In this document: positions 58,864 to 64,000 of the stretch, one piece after another
Numbering within the stretch: position 1 is the first letter of the stretch
Layout: each line of letters opens with the position of its first letter
Assembly (NCBI RefSeq): GCF_018977255.1
Contig: NW_024704755.1
Coordinates: forward strand, 496,001 to 560,000
From: Callorhinchus milii
Lineage: Eukaryota
Direction: 5' to 3'
Length of the DNA stretch: 64,000 nucleotides
The notes under the pieces: model-generated
What the model was told of the DNA's origin: nothing
Seen by the model: the letters and a program-made list of their open reading frames with translations, nothing else
The model's database searches: none
Program-made: the position numbers and the translations under genes

Positions 58864-61800
58864 ATGGAGCCGAGGGCCGCGGCGGTCCCGGGCCCGAGTT
58901 TGGGGGTGAAGGCCGAGCCTGGAGGTACCCCGGACCCAGGCCTCGGCCTGTGGCTGTGGAGCTGGAATGTAAACGGGATCCGTGGCTCACGTTTCAGCCA
59001 CAAACTGGAGGAGAATCAGCGCCACAATCAGCCCCGGATCATCTGCCTCCAGGAGACGCGAGTCAGCAGTAACTATGATCATATCAGAGAAATATCATTC
59101 ATTTAATATCATAAAACTGCAATAATTCCCTTCAAAACAATAAAATAATAACGTGGTGACTTCAATCCTGGACCGTTTGTGGGTATAATGAACTGCTGCG
59201 TTTCATCCACAAAACACAGTCACTACACTTCACAGCATATTGTGCGAAGCGCTTTGAAATGTTTCGAAGACACGATAAGACTATATCGCACTCGACGATT
59301 ATTATTGTTGTATATAATAAACATATACTAATCAGTGGCGACCAGGAGACCGGAGACAGTGTGTAAAATTGATCTAAAATAATAATTAAAAACGGTCTAA
59401 TATCAAATAACATTAATATAGTACAGTAAACTCCCGATAACTTGTTGCTTTGAGGGGAAAGGGCTCAATGATGAGTTAACAGGAGCTGAGAGTTAGGCGT
59501 GTGTATAAATATATATTGACTCAATGATACCTTAATTCCTAGTGCCGGGTTAAGGTATTATGTGAGTGAAAGTGAGAGCGTTACATTGTCAAAGACGTGA
59601 AACCTCACTATCTATCCATTCCCTGATCAGGGCGGACGTTAAAGATTTCCCGCAGCGCTGTCGGGGAAAAGGGAAGGGGGTTTCTCTCTCTCCCCCCACC
59701 TTCCCTGACCGATTGTTTTTTCAGGGGAACATTAAATTTCTCTCTCGATCACAGGAGATTCTCTGGACGAACCAACAGCGATAACTGAAGGCTATAATTC
59801 ATATTTCAGCTTCTGCAAGACTCGTAGCGGATACTCAGGTAATAATTAATAAAAACTTTCCGGTGGTGTGTCAGAGAGAGAGAGAGAGAGAGAAAAAAAC
59901 TCTTCCCCTTTTCCCCAACAGCCGCAGGAGATCTTTGACATCCACCCTGATTGTAATATGCTCCAACCCAGGTCAACAACAAGAACAAATTACATTTGTG
60001 TGGCGCCTTTCATATCGGGAGGACTTCCCAAGACACAGCATAGTCCTAATGCTCTCTCTCTGTCTCTCTCCTATCTCTCAGGAGTCGCCACTTTTTGCCA
60101 GGATAGTGCTACGCCCTTCGCTGTGGAAGAAGGTCTCTCGGGCATTCTCAGTCACTGGACTGGGGAGGTGGGCTGTTATGGCAAAATTCAGAAGGAATTC
60201 TCCGAGCAGGAACTCAGGATGCTGGACAGTGAGGGCCGAGCACTGATCACCCAGCACCGCATAATGTAAGCTCCTCAAATAATGATTGATATTATCAGTT
60301 ATTGCTTCTATCAATAATACTAATCATCATCCATAATAATCAATATTAATTGTTGTTAATAATCAATTATAATCAATAATAATTGCTATCAATAATATTT
60401 ATCATGAATCAATAACAATATCAATAACTAGTCACTAGTATAATCAGTACAAAATTACATTTGTAAAGTGCCTTTCTCGTCAGGAGGACGTCCCAAAGCG
60501 CTGGACAGTCAGGGATTAGGACCCGAACGGTGGGTGGGGGGAAGATCAGGGAGGGTAGAAGGCACGAACAAAAGAGGGTCTTGAGACGTGCCTTGAAGGA
60601 GGCAAATGAGGGAATGAGGCAAAGGGAATGTGGGGTTGGAGAGGCTGAAGGCCCAATAACCGAGGGTGGGGCAGGCTGGGCGGGGGACACAGCGCAGGAC
60701 GGAGCCCGCTGAGCGGAGGGACCGGACTGGTTGGAGAGGGTAAGGTCATGGAGGGCCTTGAAGGCAAGGTTGAGAATTTTGAACTCGATTCCCTGTGGGA
60801 TGGGGAGCCAGTGGAGTCGGGTGAGGGTGATGGGGCCACGGAGCCTGGTGCAGGATAGGACACGAGCTGCAGAGTTCTGGATGATCTGCAGCTTGTGGAG
60901 GAAAGAGTTGGGAAGGTCGACAAGCAGGGCGTTGAAATAGTTGAGCCTGGTTGTAATGAAGGCATGCATGAGATTTTGAATGCCTGAGAGGTGAAGCAGT
61001 TGGTGGAGTCTCTTATAAATAGTATTAATGCTAATTAATTCAACAGCAATGTCTCCACAAGCAGTCGTGGAGAGAGTGGTTTTATCTGTCGGCCAGGACA
61101 CCTCGAAAGAGCTTTTAATGTCCATCCTGTATAGGGCATAGACAGGTAGTGAGCTTTAACATCTCAAAGCACCTCCGACAACGCGCACTGTGCCCCAGCG
61201 CTGTGCTGAAGCATCATTTTAAACAATCTCAGTCCTAACGTCACTGTCTGTTCCTCAGAAGCAGGGATGAGAAGGAGGCCGTGCTGAGTGTTATTAATGT
61301 GTATTGTCCCCGTGCCGACCCTGACAGAGACGATCGCAAGCTCTACAAACTGAGGTTCTGTCAGCTCCTGCAGGCAAGAGCCGAGGCCCTGCTCCAGGCT
61401 GGGGGGTGAGGACAAGCTCCCTGGTACTCTCGCTAACTGTCACTCCCTATCTCCAAGGGTGGTGGAAGCCAATTCGATAACAACTTTTAAGAGAGTAGAT
61501 ATTTGGGGAGGACAAGTTTGCAGGGGTATGGGGAGAGAGCGGGGGAGTGGGATTGATTTGGAAGCTCTTTTCAAAGAGCGGTACAGACACGATGGGTCGA
61601 ATGGCCTTCTGTGCTGTATAATTCTATGATTTCATCTCTCTCTCTCACACTTTCGCTTACTCTTATCTTTTTGTGTCTGTCTGTCTCTCTTTCTGTGTCT
61701 CTGTTGTGCTCTCTCTCTCCCCCTCTGAATGTCTGTGTCCTGTTGTCAGGCACGTGGTGGTGCTGGGAGACATGAACACGTCACATCGACCCATAGACCA

Positions 61801-62741
61801 GAGTGACCCAATGCTGGTGAGTCCTGGGGGGAACGAGGGACTCTCTCTCACATTCTCTTTATCTCTCACTCGCTCTCACAGTCACTCTCTCTCACACACA
61901 GGAGGGATTTGACGACAATCCCTGCCGTCAGTGGTTGAGAGGATTCCTTGTGGGAGGAGTGGAGGTGGGAGGTGCAGCAAAAGGGAGTCTCTTTGTTGAC
62001 GCTTTCCGCCATCTCCACCCAGGCCTCAGCGGGGCCTTCACGTGCTGGCGAAACTCCACGGCCGCCCGCAAAACCAACTTCGGCTCCCGCATCGATTATG
62101 TGCTGGTCAGCCAGGGCCTGGCAGAGGCCGGGCTGGTGGCCTGCGACCTGGAAGCAGAGATTCATGGTTCCGACCACTGCCCGGTGCGAGCAGTGCTGGC
62201 CTGTGGAGTCCTGGCCTCACCTCACCGCCCCGTGCTGTGTACCGCCCGCTGGCCGGAGTTCGCCGGCCGGCAACTCAGCCTCTCGCGCTTCCTGGTCCCC
62301 ATACGGCAGACGACAGGTTCTGAGAGCCTTGGTCCGGTCAGGAAAAGGAGAGCGACTGCCCAGCCCAGCTTGCTGCCGTTCCTGAGGTCAATAGCAACCA
62401 GCGGTGAAAAGTACCTGGCAGGGACCAGCAAAGGCAGGGAGGGGGGAGGCCTGAGTGGAGGCTTGGTCTTACCCCAGGCCCAGGGCGAACCTCAGTCCCA
62501 AGAACAGCCCCAGGCGGCTATATGGAGGTTGTTGCTCCCTGGGCCCCCACGTGCCCCCCTGTGCCGGGGTCACCAGGAGCCATGTGTGCTCAGGACGGTG
62601 AAGAAAGCCGGGCCGCAGCGGGGGCGACAGTTTTACACATGTGGACGACCGCAGGGGGCAACCTCAGACCCCCGTTCTCAGTGCCGCACTTTCCTGTGGG
62701 TCAGCGGGAGGGTAAAGGGGGAAGGAGGTTCTGCGACGTAG
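58864..62741 (+). CDS. APEX2: Apurinic/apyrimidinic endonuclease 2, 6 exons, 508 aa
   Basis: Exons 58864-59068, 59755-59838, 60082-60265, 61259-61405, 61750-61816, 61902-62741; 1527 nt in frame. EEP motifs SWNVNGIR, ICLQETR, GYSGVATFC, DSEGR, NVYCP, LGDMN, GSRIDY, GSDHCPV; PIP-like QPSLLPFL; C-terminal Zf-GRF (CRGHQEPC..GRQFYTC..C..FLW). Confidence 0.96.
60445..60985 (-). mobile_element. L2 LINE 3' fragment in APEX2 intron 3
   Basis: Minus ORF with HAFITTRLNYFNALL, KLQIIQNSAARVL, LHWLPI, FKILNLAFKALH. Confidence 0.9.
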
Positions 62742-62990
62742 CGTCACCAAGAGCCGAGGAGAGAGAATTGTAACCCATGTGCTTATTACAAGTACCCTCA
62801 GAAAACATGGGATATATGTGACCTTGTCAGTGTGACTCCGTGTGTGTATGTGTGAGACCCTGTGTGTGACTGCGTCCGTACCGAACATACAGGAAGGTTG
62901 AGACACTTTGTTGTATTTGCCAAGCTACTCCCCATTCCACTTGTATTTTGCACCATAAAAACCTTGTTTTTTTAATGTCTGCTGTATATT

Positions 62991-62996
62991 AATAAA
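62991..62996 (+). terminator. APEX2 poly(A) signal AATAAA
   Basis: AATAAA ~250 nt after the stop. Confidence 0.65.
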
Positions 62997-64000
62997 GATA
63001 CAAACCCTCAATACAGCGCCTTGCACCTTGGGAGGACATCTCCAAGCATTTCACAGGGTTTTGCTGTGAAGTGTAGTGACTGTGATTTGAAAGCAGCCAA
63101 TTTTGAGCGCAGCAACATCTCCGCAAACAATTTTATCTGTTGGCTGGGACTCCGGGAAAGAAAAATTTCTCTCTTTTCCCACAGTGCTGTGGGAGATCAT
63201 TAATGTCTGGCCTGAACAAGGCATGGATGCAGAGTGAGGTTTAACGACTCAGCAATGTGGCGCTCTCTCTCCCCAGCACTAAACTGGAGTGTGAACTCAA
63301 AGTGCCACGACCTGTGGGGTATCGAACCCACAACTCTTTGACTCTGAGGCGAAAGCATGAGCGACTAAGCCACAGGTCAACATGTTTAGGCCAGATCGAG
63401 GGGTTAATTGGGGAGATCTGAGTGACTAGTTTTTTTTTTAGCCTGGATTTTGTCAGGTAATCACTCTGAATTTTTGTAGTGATATTTAGGCTAATGTATT
63501 CCACCCTTGGCTGTGAGAGAGACCCAATTAATATGGAATTAGCTCAGTTATTCTCTTTGACCGAGCCTTCAGCTCCCCTCTCGACTCTCTTCCCCCTTCT
63601 CGCTCCCTCCCATCCCTCCCCTCACCCTGACCATTTCCCCCCTCCTCGCTCCCTCCCCTCACCCTGACCATTTCCCCCCTGCTCGGGTCATGACCCAACT
63701 GTGCAGCGCCTTGGGACGTCCTCCTGACGTGAAAGGCGCTTTATAAATGGAATCTTGTTGTTGTGTTATTAAAACAGTGTAGGCGGTCAGATAACCTGTC
63801 ACTCAATCACTGTGAGGTCACAGCCTCAACCCTAACCCACACACACGGGTGTGTCAGTGTCACAATGAGGAGTATTCTGTTTCATAATACGGAATACACA
63901 ATAATGCACTGCCCCCCCCAGGGGCAGAGAGACAGACATTTAGATCTTTCACTCAGCTTTTCCCATCATTATGAAGGTTAGACTCCAGCAGTTAACCCAC

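Overview
Vertebrate (eukaryotic, intron-rich) genomic DNA. The abundant L2 and CR1 LINE relics, tRNA-derived SINEs with L2-like tails and a shark-type hairpin repeat suggest a cartilaginous fish, possibly a holocephalan (inference). I rebuilt these genes exon by exon from GT-AG junctions with consistent reading frames: GPI (+, 18 exons, 554 aa), WTIP, a divergent IL17RD/Sef-like receptor (+, 12 coding exons, 529 aa), CCDC22 (+, 17 exons, 631 aa) and APEX2 (+, 6 exons, 508 aa). A CpG-island promoter near 9.0-9.75 kb probably drives an unidentified minus-strand gene. The most striking observation is that WTIP is broken by an internal inversion. Most of exon 1 is on the minus strand (39265-37683, ending ...HMKK after a 1-nt frameshift). 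The last 10 nt of exon 1 (EYFG + GTAAGT donor, 27079-27094) and exons 2-8 are on the plus strand. The orphaned poly(A) end sits on the minus strand at ~26890-27078. Flipping 27079-37682 and repairing the 1-nt frameshift rebuilds a complete ~741-aa gene. Neither breakpoint lies at a gap or at an obvious repeat. The second highlight is a tail-less IL17RD paralogue beside genes that map to human Xp11, a candidate ohnologue lost in mammals. A 2.68-kb tandem duplication across the N-gap at 29737-29761 is probably an assembly overlap. No rRNA, tRNA genes or CRISPR arrays are supported. Homologue comparisons are from memory; no searches were run.
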